Shown: positions 1 to 14,130 of the stretch, piece after piece
How the letters are laid out: every line of letters starts with the position of its first letter
Numbering within the stretch: position 1 is the stretch's first letter
Assembly (NCBI RefSeq): GCF_009914755.1
Contig: NC_060947.1
DNA length: 64,000 nt
Source: the human T2T-CHM13v2.0 reference genome, Homo sapiens
Direction: 5' to 3' (one strand)
The notes under the pieces: model-generated
Databases searched by the model: none
What the model saw: the letters and a program-made list of their open reading frames with translations, nothing else
What the model was told of the DNA's origin: nothing
Position numbers and translations under genes: made by a program

Positions 1-390
1 GAAAAGCATTGCCTGTGGCAGGGTGGGGAAGGTGAAGAGCTCACAGAGGCCAGAGAAGGACCCACTCATTCATTGCAGTGACACTGAAAATGAAAAGTTC
101 AGGGGACCACTTGCCAGTAGTGAAGGGATCTTTTCCAGCAGTTCCATCAGCTGTCAGGATTCCCCTTCTGGGGAGGAAAAAGCTCCCCATCTCCCACGGT
201 CCTGCACATGCCTAATCCTGTCACCCATAGCCGTCAGCAAAAAGTGTAAGACCGATTAATCCAAAGAGAATAGCACTTAACATTCCATAGTGCCAAACCC
301 GTCCTTAGCCAAAAGGGATTTTACCAAGAGCCCTCATTTTTAAATGTATTTCAATGTGTTGTTGTTCATTTGGAACGTTCCACTGTAAGT
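1..390 (-). mobile_element. Probable ERV internal (leader/gag-side) fragment, family not assigned
   Basis: Composition resembles antisense ERV1 internal sequence and ends abruptly at an Alu junction. No diagnostic motif; recall only. Confidence 0.35.
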
Positions 391-593
391 ACAAGCGATT
401 CTACTGCCTCAGCCTCCCGAGTAGCTGGGACTACAGGTGCATGCCACCACGCCCAGCTAATTTTTTGTATTTTTAGTAGAGATGGGGTTTCACTGTGTTT
501 AGCCAGGATGGTCTCGGTCTCCTGACCTTGTGATTCACCTGCCTCGACCTCCCAAAGTACTGGGATTACAGGCTTGAGCCACCGCACCTGGCC
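391..593 (-). mobile_element. Alu (S/Y-type), missing its 3' end and tail
   Basis: aagcgattct..gcctcagcctcccgagtagctggg..gagccaccgcacctggcc; starts mid right arm with no poly-T. Confidence 0.95.
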
Positions 594-2290
594 TCTTGTT
601 CTCTTATTTTCTCCCGAACATACAGAATCGCTCTCTCTGTTCTGAGCCAACTAAAGCTGGGGGTGGAGTGACATAGGTATTAACACCCCTGTGGTCACCA
701 CCACTATGACTGTGCTGGGTCAGACCTGAAGCCAGCACAGGACTGGGTCTCACCCAAGGCCTGCTGTAACCACTCCCTGGCTACTGTCTCTATGTTTGCT
801 TAAGACCCTGGGCTCTACAATGAGCAGGTGGCAAAGCCAGCCAGGCCTGTGTCCTTCCCTCCAGGTCAGTGAGTTCCCCCAGGCCCCAGGTGGGTCTAGA
901 AGTATCATCCAGGAGTCAGGGACTAGAGTCAAAAACCTTCGAAGTCTACCTGGTGTTCTATTGTATTGCAGCTGAGCTGGCACTGAAACCATAAGACCTA
1001 GTCCTTCCTGCTTTTCCCTCCCCTTTCCAAAGGCAAAGGAGCCTCACTCCACAGCCACTGACACCCCTGGCCACAAGGAGCACTGACAGACTACCATCAA
1101 TGTTCCGTTAAGGCCCAAGGTCTCTTAAGTTAGCTTGTGGTGAATGCTGCCTGGTCTGGGACTCATCCTTCAGGGCAGTGGGCTCCCCTCTGGCCTGGGG
1201 CAGGTCCAGAAATGCTGTCAAGTCCTGGAATCTGGAACCTCAAGAACCTGCTTGGTGCTCTAGGCCCCGTGGTGGTGTTGGTACCTGAAGCCAGCAAGTC
1301 TCAGAGGCTCATGATGGCCCTCAATGTAGTGCCTGTGCATTGCTGTTGGTTATTCAGGGCCCAAGGGCTCTTCAGTTAGCGGGTGATGAATGCTGGCAGG
1401 ATGGGGTCCTTTCCTTCAAGGCAGTGGGTTCCCTTCTGGCCCACAGTTTGTCTAGAAATGTCATTTGGGAACTAGGGCTGGAACAGGGGCCTGTTGACTC
1501 TGACTGGAGCCCTATCTTGCTGTGGCTGAGTTGGTATCCAAGATGCAAGACAAAGTCCTCCCAACTCTTCCCTCTCCTCTCCTCAAGCAGAAGGAAGGGC
1601 TCTCTTTTAGAGCCACAAGCTGTGCATCCTGGGGTTAGGGGAAAAGTGATGCCAGCATTCCCTTGGCTGTCCTAGCTAGTGTCTCAGCATGTTGTGTTCC
1701 CCGCCCCGCCACCCCCAATCCACTGTGTCTGGGCCTAGTTCATCCCTAGGACTTACCTAAAAGTTGCAGTCCTTATGGCCTAGGCTGCCTTTCAAGTTTA
1801 CTTAGAGACTGACAGCACTTTGGCCCTTCATGGTGAGGTTTGCAGGTACTCAAGTTCAGACTGCTGGGATCAGTGATTCCCCTCTGGCTAGGGCTGGTTT
1901 AAATGCTCCCTCTGTGAGTGGGCATCAACTGAGTTTGATCTGGTTTTCCTTTCTGCTGTAACAGGACATTGCTGAGTGCAATGCTTCACAATTGAATTGT
2001 GAAGCAAAAGAACTGTGTTCTCTCTTCCCCAGTGCCCAGAAACACTCTCCACACCATGCCATGGCTGCCAGGGTGGGGAAGGGGTAGCATTGGTGATTCA
2101 GGATTGTTTTCTATATCTCTTCAGTGCCTCTTTCAGTGATACGAAATTAAAACCAGGTACTGTAAGTGCTCACCTGATTTTTGGTTTTTAAGAAGGTGTT
2201 TTTTTCTGTGTAGGTAGTTGTTAACTTGGTGTCCTTGCACAGAGTGGCAGGAGGACGATCAGCGGAGCTTTCTATTCTGCCATCTTCGTC
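594..2290 (-). mobile_element. Old L1 (L1MA/L1PB-type) 5' UTR
   Basis: Ends in ggagctttctattctgccatctt, the reverse complement of the L1 start aagatggcagaatagaaagctcc; repeated 5' UTR-like blocks. Confidence 0.8.
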
Positions 2291-2299
2291 TGCCTCCTT

Positions 2300-2644
2300 T
2301 CCTAGCCTCATTTCCCCCTGCTTCCTCCTCTGCCCCCTGGGTCCTGAGCACATGGGTCTTGAGAACACACCAAGCTCCTTCCCACCTTGGGGCCTTTGCA
2401 CTGGCTGTTCTCTCTGCCTGGAATGCTCTTCCTACAGGTTTTTGCATGGCTGCCTCCTTTACTGCATTCATGATTCTGCTCAAATGCCCTCTCTAAGCAC
2501 CTGAGCTAAAATCCCTAACCCCGCAGTCTCTCTACTTTTTTGTTTGGTTATTGGCTCTCTTGTTTAATCTCTGTCTTCCTACCAGAGGGCAGGATTCAGA
2601 ATTTAAACAGTGCCCTAGCACATAATGAGAGCTCAGTTATCTTC
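2300..2644 (+). mobile_element. L2 3' fragment
   Basis: gggcctttgcactggctgttctctctgcctggaatgctcttcc and acagtgccctagcacata are typical L2 3' motifs. Confidence 0.75.
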
Positions 2645-3062
2645 TGTTAAAGATAAAAATGAAGCCACACTTTAGGTGTACCCGAAGGCCAACCACTCAT
2701 AACCAGGTAACCAAAATTTAATTCTTCCCAATTTCCCCAAAACACTGTCTCTAATCATAAATATCAAACATAACCTTTACATCTTTGTCAGCGTGATTCA
2801 GTGAAATTAAACCAATCAGCTATAGGCAAATCAGTTTAAACAGCTCTGTTTACCTTAAAAAGAATGATAACGTAAAACAGCCAACCACAAAAAAAAATCA
2901 AAATATTCTCCTTTATGCTTTATAAAGTGTGCTATGACTGCCATAAGGTGAGCTTTCTACCACTTTGTTTGAAGTCTCCTGGGTCATGAGCTGTACTTTC
3001 TCTTACTGTATAACAATAAACTTTAAAATGTTTCCTAACTTGATCTGATTCTCATTTTGACA
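2645..3062 (+). mobile_element. Solo LTR, ERV1 class, subfamily not assigned
   Basis: TG...CA termini (tgttaaa / tttgaca), 4-bp TSD cttc at 2641-2644 and 3063-3066, CCAAT, TATA-like and AATAAA motifs in order. Confidence 0.8.
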
Positions 3063-3124
3063 CTTCCAATAATCTTGAGAAATGCTCCTGAGCACTTTGG
3101 GTCTGGTATTCTTAGAGAGGGCAA

Positions 3125-3200
3125 ACATTCTCATTTTTCAAAGGGGAAGTTGAGGCCCAGAGAGAGACAGTGACTGCCTGAAGTCATAAAGTTCCAGCAC
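3125..3200 (-). mobile_element. MIR core fragment
   Basis: cattttt..gaagttgaggcccagagag..gtgactgcctgaagtcata. Confidence 0.6.
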
Positions 3201-3289
3201 TCTCTTTCCTTACTCCCTTGTTCTCCTGGTCTTGGGGACATCAGACATCTTTAAACATTTGGTCTCACCATAGAAACTTTGAGATCCAG

Positions 3290-4069
3290 TGCATTAGGGT
3301 TCCCTAGAGGGACAGAACAAATAGGATATAGATATAGATATATAGATATATATGTAGGAGATATAGATATATATATGCATATGTAGGATATATATATGTA
3401 TATGTAGGATATATATATGTATATATATACAGAACTTATATATATATATACAGAATATATATATATATACAGAACTAATAGGATATATATATATCCTCCA
3501 TATATATATATCCTCCATATATCCTCCATATATATATATCCTCCATATATATATATCCTCCATATATATATATCCTCCATATATATATATCCTCCATATA
3601 TATATCCTCCATATATATATATATCCTCCATATATATATATATATATCCTCCATATATATATATATATATCCTCCATGTATATATATATGGAGTTAATTA
3701 AGCATTAACTTACATGATCACGAGGTCCTACAGTAGGCTGTCTGCAAGCTTGAGGAGCAAAGAGATCCGGTCTGAGTCTCAAAACTGAAGAACTTGGGAG
3801 TCCGATGTTCAAGGGCAGGAAGTGTCCAGCATGGGAGAAAGAGGTAGGCTGGGAGGCTAGGCCAGTCTCTCCTTTTCACATTTTTCTGCCTGCTTCATAT
3901 TCACTGGCAGCTGATTAGATTGTGCCCACCAGATTAAGGGTGGATTTGCCCTGTGCAGCCCACTGACTCAAATGTTAATCTCTTTTGGCAACACCCTCAG
4001 AGAACACCTAGGATCAATATTTTGTATCCTTCTATCTAATCAAGTTGACACTCAGTATTAACTGTCATA
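3290..4069 (-). mobile_element. MLT2A (HERV-L) solo LTR with expanded internal TA microsatellite
   Basis: tgcattagggttccctagagggacagaac..aataggatata start; caagttgacactcagtattaactgtcata end; 5-bp TSD tccag/cccag. Confidence 0.9.
3325..3690. repeat. Compound (TA)n-rich tandem array; about 11 copies of cctcca(ta)n in the second half
   Basis: Read directly from sequence; source of the spurious YIY-rich ORFs. Confidence 0.95.
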
Positions 4070-5074
4070 CCCAGAGTGGCTGTTACTTCCCAAAAATATT
4101 CAGTCTGTAATTGATAAAGTGGGGTTTTTATCCTGGTATGTCAGACTTGTGGCTGAGACTTTCTGACACTTGTGAGGCTGGAAGGGAAAGAGGCAGTGGA
4201 TAAAGTGGGCCTTGGCTTGTTCTCATAGGTTGCAATTAACATCTGAAGCACTTGCTTTCAACCTGAAGAACTTCATTATTTCTTGTGAGGTGGATCTACT
4301 AACAACAAATCCTCCCATTTTTATTTAACTGGGAATGTCTTTGCCTTCATTTCTGAAAGGTAGCTTTGCTGGATGTAGGATTCTTGGTTGATAGTTTTTT
4401 CTTTAAGCATTTTGAGTATTTAATCTTACTGCCTCCTGGCCTTCATTGTTTCTGCTGAGAAGTCAACTACCAATCTTACTGGGGTAAGTGATGAGACATT
4501 TTTCTCTTGCCACTTTCAAGATTTTCTCCTTGATCTTAGCCGGTTTTACTATGATGTAATCTGTTTGTGGATTCTTTACATATATCCTTCTTAGAATTCA
4601 CTGAGCTTCCTGAGTGTGTAGGTTATTGTTTTTAAAATAAATTTGGGAAATTTTCTGCCATTATTTCTTTGACTATTTTTTCTGCTCCTCTCTATCTCTT
4701 CCTTTCATCTCCTCTCTATCTCTTCCTTTCTTCTAGTAGATCCCACTTAGGTTTGTGTGGCTGATGGTGTCCTACATTTGTCTGAAGCTCTATTTATTTT
4801 TCTTCACTCTTTCTTCTCTCTAGTCTTCATCTTGCATAATCACTATCAATCCTGTTTCAAATCTGCTAATTCTTTCTTCTGCCAGTTTAAATGTGCTATT
4901 GAACCTGCTAGTGATTTTTTCATGTCAGTTATTGTACTTTTCAGATTCAGAATTTCCATTTGGTTCTTTTAAAATAATTTCTATCTCTTTAATGATATTT
5001 TCTACTGGATGCAACATTGTTATCATACCTTTATTTTCTGAATCATGCTTTCTTTTAGTTCAGTAAACATATTA

Positions 5075-5206
5075 TTTTTTTTCTCTGTAGAGATGGAGGT
5101 CTTGCTATGCTGACCAGGCTGGTCTCAAACTCCTGGCCTCAGGCAATCCTCCCGCTTCAGCTTTCCAAAGTGCTGGGATTACAGGTATGAGCCACCACAC
5201 CTGGCC
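5075..5206 (-). mobile_element. FLAM_C-type Alu monomer
   Basis: Left-arm sequence only, poly-T, TSD approx. aaacatatt on both sides. Confidence 0.85.
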
Positions 5207-5340
5207 TGCAAACATATTTATAATGGGTATTTTGAAGTCTTTCTCTGTTAAATCCATCATGTGGTTGCTCTCACAGGCAGTTGGTGTTGTCTGCTTTTTT
5301 TCTGCTGTATGGGGCATACTTTCCTGTTTCTTTGCAGGTC

Positions 5341-5726
5341 TGTATTTGTCTGTTCTCACATTGTTATAAGGAAATAGCCGAGAGTGGGTAATTTATAAAG
5401 GAAAGAGGTTTAATTGACTCACAGTTCAGCATGGCTGGGGAGGCCTCAGGAAACATACAATCATGGCAGAAGGTGAAGGGGAAGCAAGGCACCTTCTTCA
5501 CAAGGCAGCAGGAAGGAGAAGTGCAAGCAGGAGAAATGCTAGACGCTTATAAAACCATCAGATCATGTGGGACTCACTCACTATCACGAGGACAGCATGG
5601 GGGAAACCGCCCCCATGATCCAATTACCTCCACCTGGTCCCATCCTTGACACATGGGGATTATGGGGATTAAGGGGATTACAATTCAAGATGAGATTTTG
5701 GGTGGAGACATAGACAAACCATATCA
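5341..5726 (-). mobile_element. THE1 (THE1D-like) MaLR solo LTR
   Basis: tgtatt..gggtaatttataaaggaaagaggtttaattgactcacag..aaaccatatca. Confidence 0.9.
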
Positions 5727-5762
5727 CATGCCTCATAAACTTTTTGCTGGAAATTGAAATCA

Positions 5763-6055
5763 TTTCTGAGACATGGTCCCACTCTGTCACCCAGGCTGGA
5801 GTGCAGTGGTGCAATCATGGCTCACTGCAGCCTCGACCTCCTAGGTTCAAGTGATCCTTCCACCTCATCCTCCTGAGTAGCTGGGACTATCAGCGTGCAC
5901 CATTCCACCTGGCTAATTTTTTTTATTACTTTTGTAGAGATGGGGGGTCTCTCTGTATTGCCCAGGCTGTTCTTGATCTCCTGGGCTCAAGTGATTCTTC
6001 CACCTTGGCCTCTCAAAGTGCTGGGATTACAGGTGTGAAGCATTATGCTTGGCCA
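5763..6055 (-). mobile_element. AluJ
   Basis: Dimeric Alu with J-type diagnostics (gcaatcatggctcactgcagcctcgacctcct). Confidence 0.9.
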
Positions 6056-7556
6056 CAAAATTTTTGATAATATGTTGTAGCAACTGCCCCCAACCCTGGC
6101 CTCTGGGACTTGTTATTTGCTGGTATATTTTTTTTAGTGATTGGCTGGATTATTTTAATGAAGCTTATTCCTTCTCCTCATAGTCTTAAGCCTCTGATGT
6201 TGCTCTTCAGGAAGACATGACTTTGGGTGTGTACACCGTCACTCTAGGATGGCAGTGGTGTTAGTAGGGCTCTCTATCTTTCCCTTACCATGCCCAACTA
6301 TTAAACTCCACTAATTGCCTGCTGATCATTCTATTGTTTTCAGCAATGCTCTAGGACATAAATTGTTCTACAAACTAATTCAATTAAATTGTGGTTTATT
6401 TGAAGGAATAGTTTTTGAGGTCCACGTCTGATATTTGTTCTGATACCAGGAGTGCTCTTACCAGCCATCTTATTTCCTGGTTTTCTCCTGAAAACTATCC
6501 AGCTTACAGGCCATGCTTTATCTTCATTAGATCCACAAATCTCAACTGCCTTGTATGACAACGTCCACTGTTCTTGAGAGCACTCTTAGCTTTGAACTTT
6601 ACACTCTGTTGCAAATGAAGTCAATCCCTTTGGGAAGAGATTAGGAGCTACCTGTTTTGTAGCCTGTTCCTCCTCCAAGGCAAAATCTTTGAGCAAGAGC
6701 TCTAGAGACAAGGTGGGGACGGTGGCAAGCTTCTGCCTGAATGGCAACCCCTTTCTATGGGCTGAGGCCTTGGCAGAGTGGGGTGCAGCAGCCTAAGGTG
6801 CTCTCGGCTTGCCTCTTCAGCATGTAACCACCACCTCATGAGCGAGGCAAGGAAAACTTGAGCCGCGGTTTCCTCAGTGTGTTGCATCTAAGGTAGAGCC
6901 TCCATTAAATAACTGGGGGACAGAGTCGGCAGATTAAATGAGCCACCATCACTCAGCTGTACTCACCTGATACTTAGCCTCAGAAACAAGTAGCTGGTGT
7001 CAGTATGAATGATGCTGAAGTGCTGCTCCTCTTGGGAAGAAAGTCCTCTGGCTGGGAGCCAGAGGGGAGAGGGAGCCCTATGCTCTTGTCTGCAGCAGTC
7101 TGAAGTAGAATCTCTGCCTTACTGATCTGGGAGGGGAAAAGGAAGAAGCTGTAGTGATTCAAATACCACAGACTTGCTTTTCTTATTGAATTTTTGTAGG
7201 TTCTCTTAGAAAGACGTTTCTTCATTTGCTGTTTTCCCTTAGGACCATTTCCAGGGGCTTTAAGTTGTTGTTTTAAAAATAATATTTACCACTTTCACTT
7301 GGGAGTGCATCAGCAGAGTTCCTCAAGCTGTCATGCTGGAAGTTGAACTCCGTGTTTGGTACTTTTTTCATTTGCACAGTGATCTTGTTTTTTCTATGCC
7401 TAGACAAGGTTATGAAGTGGTATTTTTTTTCTCACTTCGTCAAGATCACAGAGTGATTTTGTCTGGCAGTAGTGCTCTGTGAGACTGTTTATGTTCAACA
7501 GGAAAACATCAAGACCTAGTTGTGCGTACCAGGCCAGTGCTGGCTGTCAGGGACTG

Positions 7557-7923
7557 CGATATGGTTTGGATTTGTGTCCCTACCCAAATCTGATGTCGAA
7601 TTGGAGGAGGGGCCTGATGGGAGGTGATTATATCATGGGGGAGGATTTCCCCATTGCTGTTCTCATGACAGTGAGTGAGTTCTCATAATATCTGATGGCT
7701 TAAAAGTGTGTGGCACTTTCCCCCTTAATTTTTTGCTCTCCTGTCACCATGAAAAGATATGCCTTGCTTCCCCTTCACCTTTTGCCATGATTGTAAGTTT
7801 CCTGAAGCCTCCCAGTCATGCTTCCCGTTAAGCCTGTGGAACTGTGAGTGAATTAAACCTTTTTTTCTTTATAAATTACCCAGTCTCAGGTAGTTCTTTA
7901 TAGTATGAGAACGGACTAGTACA
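7557..7923 (+). mobile_element. MSTA-type MaLR solo LTR
   Basis: gatatggtttggatttgtgtccc..ataaattacccagtctcagg..ggactagtaca; exact 5-bp TSD gactg (7552-7556, 7924-7928). Confidence 0.9.
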
Positions 7924-7974
7924 GACTGCTTATCACCTTCTCACAGTGTAGAACAATCACTTCGTAATTATTCT

Positions 7975-8178
7975 GTCTAAGGGGCAAGGAAGCTTGGGCA
8001 TTTATCCACCAACTCCCAATAATCATTGGTTGAGGGCTGCTCCTGGGGGCATTTATTCCCCAGCCTTCCCTGTTCAGGCAGAGGGGCTTCAGACCCCAGA
8101 GGAAGCATCAAGCTGTTGCAAATTGGGCCAAGTACATATGGCTGAGATCTAGTAGGACACAGACAACATCTGCTATAG
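7975..8178 (-). mobile_element. Old ERVL LTR fragment (LTR33-like)
   Basis: gcatttatccaccaactccc..cattggttgagggctgctcctggggg..aacatctgctata; recall only. Confidence 0.55.
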
Positions 8179-9028
8179 ATGACCTGCCAAAGATCCTGAA
8201 AGGGCCAGGATTTGAGCTCAGTGTTATCTGATGACCATGTCTTAGCCACCACTTGATTTCGTGAATGGAGAGGTTTGAAAAGAACAGCAGAACTTTGCTA
8301 GAGGGGTTGTCAAGATTACTTGCCTGAACAGTTTCTCATGTATATATTACACAGACTGTTGGAGATACCTGCTCTGTTCCCAGCTCCTGGCTAGACGATG
8401 GGGTCACAAAGATGACCCAGGCATGTTTTCTGCTCTTATGGTACAATCTGTCTGTTGAGGGTGGGATATCTGAAGGGACAAGCCCACACTTCGTCCCCAG
8501 TCCCACCTGTGTTGGCTAGGGAGTCCTTCCTGGAGGATGTGTTGCGTAAACAATGGAGAGAATTTAGGGAACATCGAGCCTACTCTTTTCACTTTACAGA
8601 TGAAGGAACACAGGCCCACAGCAAGGGAGTGGTCTGCAAAAGAGAACATATAGACTGCACCCTGGAGAAGGCCAGCTTCTAAGTGGCCATGCCCTTCCTT
8701 AGCTCCCCAGTCACCCAGATACAGGAAGTGCTCACTATATCAGATTCAGCTCCTCAGCACTTACCAAGTCCATCCTGCCCAGAATGCTTTCCTTCAAAGG
8801 CCTGCAGGCTCAAGGCTCTGTCTTAAGCCTGAGCCTTTTTACCTCTAAAGAAAGTAATCAACCTCCTCCAAAGGCATTCAGTGTCCTGGTATGGGAGAAT
8901 ATGTGTGTATACCAGGGTCTGGGAATTTTGAGAAACCATCTTAAGGTTTGGTGAGTTGCTTTTTCTCCTTATGTGAATTTATACAGTCCTCTATGGAGTT
9001 CTGGAGGGAAAATGAACCAAACAAAATA

Positions 9029-9376
<348 letters not shown>

Positions 9377-11711
9377 TGAATTTCCCCAAGAAACTTTTAG
9401 CAGATGCTCTCCTCCCTTTTGCAAATATACTAAAACTATTTTATGAAAACAGTATTGGGAATATGGACCCAAAACACGGTTATCCTGATGTAGAGATTTG
9501 GCCAATGGTACATTTGAATTCCACTAAAATGAACTCTGTTATACTGACCTGCTTTTGACTATATCCTTTATACAGCACTGTAGAGGGCTTTCTGCAGGCC
9601 CAGAGCAATGGAGTGGCCTACGTAAGAGAACACACATAGCTCAGCTTAGAAGAGGCCAGCCGCTGAATGGCCATGCCCTCCCCTGGGCCAGAGATCATTC
9701 AATTAAGAGAAACACACACCAGCCCAAGTTCAGCTCTTCAGCACCTACCACATTATCTAGCCCAGAACTATTTCACTTAAAGGGTTGAAGATTCAAGTCC
9801 CTTCCCCAATCATGGCACTGGGCCATTTTACCTCTAGGAATAGTAAACAACCTCCCCTAAAGGCATTCAGTATCTTGGTGTCCATTCTTACAGGCCCTTG
9901 AGGGAGTGATACAACTTGTACCCTCCTCACAACTCTCATTTCTCCCAATCTTCTTGCAAATCTGTGCCTGAAGCTGGAAGCACAACACATGAACAATAAC
10001 TAGCTTGGTGCTTGGTGTTGAATTAACTTTTTTAAGAAAGCAGGCTAACAGGTTGGAAATTGTTCTGTCAATATTTTAGAATCTAGTAATACAAAAGACC
10101 CCTTCTAAAAGCACATTCTGTTGTGTTACACAAGCAAGGGGACAAAGGTGATTTCAGAGGTAGCATTCAGGTGTGAGCATCATAATTGATACATTTGGAC
10201 CCCTCTAAAGCACAGGCCACAGACAAAACTAGGGCCTCTATGAGAACTGCAGAGTTGGATTATGATTTTTTATTTCAAGCCGAAGAATCTTGGTTTAGGC
10301 AAAATAATGGAGGGAAGGCAGAGAACAAGGAAGAGTCTCTGTCCATTCCCTTTGAACGAGAGAAACAAAAAAATTAAACAAAGGATGTTTTAAAATCAAA
10401 AGGTGAAAGAGTCTGTGGAGACATAGGAGGAAAGAAATCCATGGCAATGGCTGAGCCTGGAGCTGTTGTTGAGGTGTGGGGAGCTTGACGATAAACAGCG
10501 GCTAGCAGCTAGGTACTGCCTCTGGAAGATAGCCAGTGGGGCACAAGGAGGTAGCTCTGGCCAGCTGGGCTTTACCATAAAAAAAAAAAGGAAAAATAGA
10601 ACTCTGGTCCCTATATAAATCAGTCCCTAACATCTCCTTCCACAGCCCTCATCACGAGGCCAAGCAGTAAGACCAATTTCTCTTTACCTCTGATCCCTAT
10701 CCTCCCTTTAACTCATCTGGTCACATTAAGGGGTTTCAGTGGGATTGAAATTATTTATAAGGAAGAAAGGAAAGTAAAGACTGAGTGGAGGTTTCACAAT
10801 CTGATTTTCCCTGGCCCAGGTCCCCAACCCCAGCACCTCAAGGAGCACAAAATATGATTCTATTCATTTTAAGCACAAAGAATTTCCAAGGATTTCTCAG
10901 AAATTCCACAGGCCTACCCGCCACATCAAAAAGGTCAACTCCAAAAGTGAGTCCGACAGAAATATTGTAAGATGCTAAATCGTCTCTTCTATTTATTTAA
11001 CATACAGACTTAGATTTAGGAGCCTCTTCTTGGCTCAACCCGTTAGGTGAACACATTCTATAGTATCAAAATTTTGCATAACTCTCCACTAAGTAAATGT
11101 TTAGTCCATTCATTCTGAACTGGAAGGAAGGAGACTAGCTGCCAGCTGTGATCCTAGTCAACATGCAGGATGTGATGAAATGAGGAAGTCTTCTTCATGG
11201 TCATCGAGTTACTGTCCAAGAGTAGCAACCACAGCCAACGACAGAGATCAAATTTCATTCATCTCACTCTGCTCCTTCTCACCATTCTTTCCCCTATGAA
11301 CCATAGGAAAGACTCAATCCATAGGCAAAATAAAAATGATACTCTGAATAACTCTTTTAACACCCTCCTGATATTTAGGCACCATGCCCAAACTGTCTTG
11401 TTCCCTCTCACAATTGGTAGCATTCTAATATTGTACATCAATATCTCAGTTAAATAGAATAACACTAGGAGGGAACTTGAATTAATCATGATTGCATACT
11501 TATTGCAGGAAAAGATAAATAACCAAGAAAGCCACTTTTCCTCTGCTGAATCTTTTTCTTTGCTTAGCTGTTTTTTCCATATGTGTTGCTTTATATAACT
11601 ATTTAGAGAAAGTCTCAGGGATCAGCACACATTCAATCTAATAGCCTAAGTGTTTTTCAGCTAACGCCATGGCAATAAAGTTTGCTCTTTGGAGTGATGG
11701 CTCTTAGACAC

Positions 11712-12088
11712 TGTATTAGTCTGTTCTCACACTGCTATGAAGAAATGCCCAAGCCCGGGTAATTTATAAAGGAAGGAGGTTTAATTGACTCACTGTTCTG
11801 CATGGCTGGGGAGGCCTCAGGAAACTTACAATCGTGGCAGAAGGCAAAGGAGAAGCAGGCACTTTCTTCACAGGGCAGCAAGATGGAGGAAGTGCAAGCA
11901 GGGGAAATGCCAGATGTTTATAAAACCATCAGATCTTGCGAGACTCATTCACAATCATGAGGACGGAATGGGGGAAACCACCCCCGTGATCCAGTTACCT
12001 CCACCTGGTCCTGCCCTTGACACATTGGGATTATGGGGATTACAATTCAAGATAAGATTTTGGATGGGGACACAGCCAAACCATATTA
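11712..12088 (-). mobile_element. THE1 (THE1D-like) solo LTR
   Basis: tgtattagtctgttctcacactgc..aaaccatatta; exact TSD gacac (11707-11711, 12089-12093). Confidence 0.92.
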
Positions 12089-12519
12089 GACACTACAAAC
12101 TCACAGTGAATCTCTGGAATATACCATGCTCATTTCTGACTATCTTTGCTTGTGCTGTTCCTATACTCCTTTCCTCATCTAGCCAAATCATTCATGTCTG
12201 TTTTCCTCTCACATTTTCTGCCTCCTTTCACCCATCTTCTTCTTTTTCCTTCTGTTTCTCAACCTCACCTGCCCAATTGTCTCCCCTTCCAGACCCCCTG
12301 TAGACCTGAAGTCTCAATCGCTAATTAAGAGGCAACAGTCATGACTTATGGCCTCTCACTGAAACATAACTGTTTTGTGGGTGTAATTCTTATGTTCCCT
12401 ACCTGCATGGTAAGCACTTGCATTTTCAGACTGGGTCTCCTACTCTTCTTGTTTCCTTCACGGAAGCTAGCAGTGGTGCTTTATGTGTAATTTTTAAAAG
12501 GGCAATGATTATCGTAACA

Positions 12520-13070
<551 letters not shown>

Positions 13071-13430
13071 GAGGAAATAAACAATGACATGGGATTCTTG
13101 TTCAATCTCATTTCTTTAAAACAGTCCATTAACCAGACTAAATCTAACCCTTGGGTATTATGCTGAATTAAGGATTCATTTTAATATATAAGTACACAAT
13201 ATTTCTGGATACAAATTAAACAGAATAGACTGCTGGGTATGTACTAGATATTTTTCTTTCATTCTTCTATTTGCTCATTAGATTCCCTTTTCTGTGCTGC
13301 CATTTTTTTCTTTATAATCATTAACCCATCCATTTATTGTCTGTTAGGAAGTAAGGCAACATATATGCAATGAATATAATAAGAAAGGAAAACTGAAAAA
13401 ATGTTGTTTTAGAAAATAACGTTAATAGTG

Positions 13431-13533
13431 TCACTTGAACCCAGAAGTTCGAGGCTGTAATAAGCTATGATCGCGCTCCTGCACTCCAGCATGGGCAACA
13501 GAGTGAGATCCTCTCTCTTAAAAAAAAAAAAAA
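13431..13533 (+). mobile_element. 5'-truncated Alu (right arm/FRAM-like)
   Basis: tcacttgaacccagaagttcgaggctg..gagatcctctctctt plus poly-A. Confidence 0.85.
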
Positions 13534-14130
13534 AGTTAACTGTGGATTAAGACATCTTTTTCAAAAGATAAAGCCATTTTCCTTTGCCCGGGTGAATGCT
13601 AAGCAGTTTGTGAACTCACAGTATCACTGGGATTTGGAAGTCTCACGTGTTAAAAAGTAAGACATGATCAAAGCTTGAATACAGCCATAGGTCTGCTTGT
13701 TTGAATCCCATCATTCCAAGATATACATATTTTGTTTAGTGTTTCAGTATATTGATATGGTTTATGTAACAGTATATATACAACTACTTTGTGGAGTATT
13801 TCCTGCAATTTCATGTACTCGCATTCAGAAGCAATCAGAAGCCATTCTTCTTTTTTCAAAACAAGGAAAACAATATTTCTTCCATCATTCTACATATATA
13901 TTTGGCACCTGTTAATGTCATATATGCCAACAGCTACTTCAGACATCTCTTTTTGATTGACTAGTATTTCATTTTTCAGTCGTCAGTCTTAAAGATTAAT
14001 GTTTTGTCTTTCTAATAAATATGTAGTTAAGTGAATTCCATACTTATTTTTAGATCGACCGTGTGTTTTCTTGCTTATCTTTCTGTGTTAATTGAAATTC
14101 TGTTAAACCTAGAAAATTACTTGGAGTATG

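Larger units (their letters stand above)
4240..7355 (-). mobile_element. Old L1M (ORF1/5' region), interrupted by FLAM, THE1 and AluJ
   Basis: T-rich antisense ORF1-like sequence (tttgggaaattttctgccattatttctt; aatttccatttggttctttt) continuing across the inserts. Confidence 0.75.

Noticed and set aside
565-593. ggcttgagcc Alu variant suggesting Old World monkey origin
   Set aside because: Single CpG-site change in one Alu; the L1PA4-type element and the other Alus fit a hominoid genome.
3494-3677. CRISPR-like periodicity
   Set aside because: Intervening sequence is only (TA)n, there are no unique spacers or cas genes, and the context is primate.
3251-3701. YIY/IYI-rich ORFs of 94-127 aa
   Set aside because: Translation artefacts of the TA microsatellite.
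11785-12303. 172-aa ORF
   Set aside because: Starts at a non-ATG codon inside the THE1 LTR and runs into pyrimidine-rich flank; no homology recognised.
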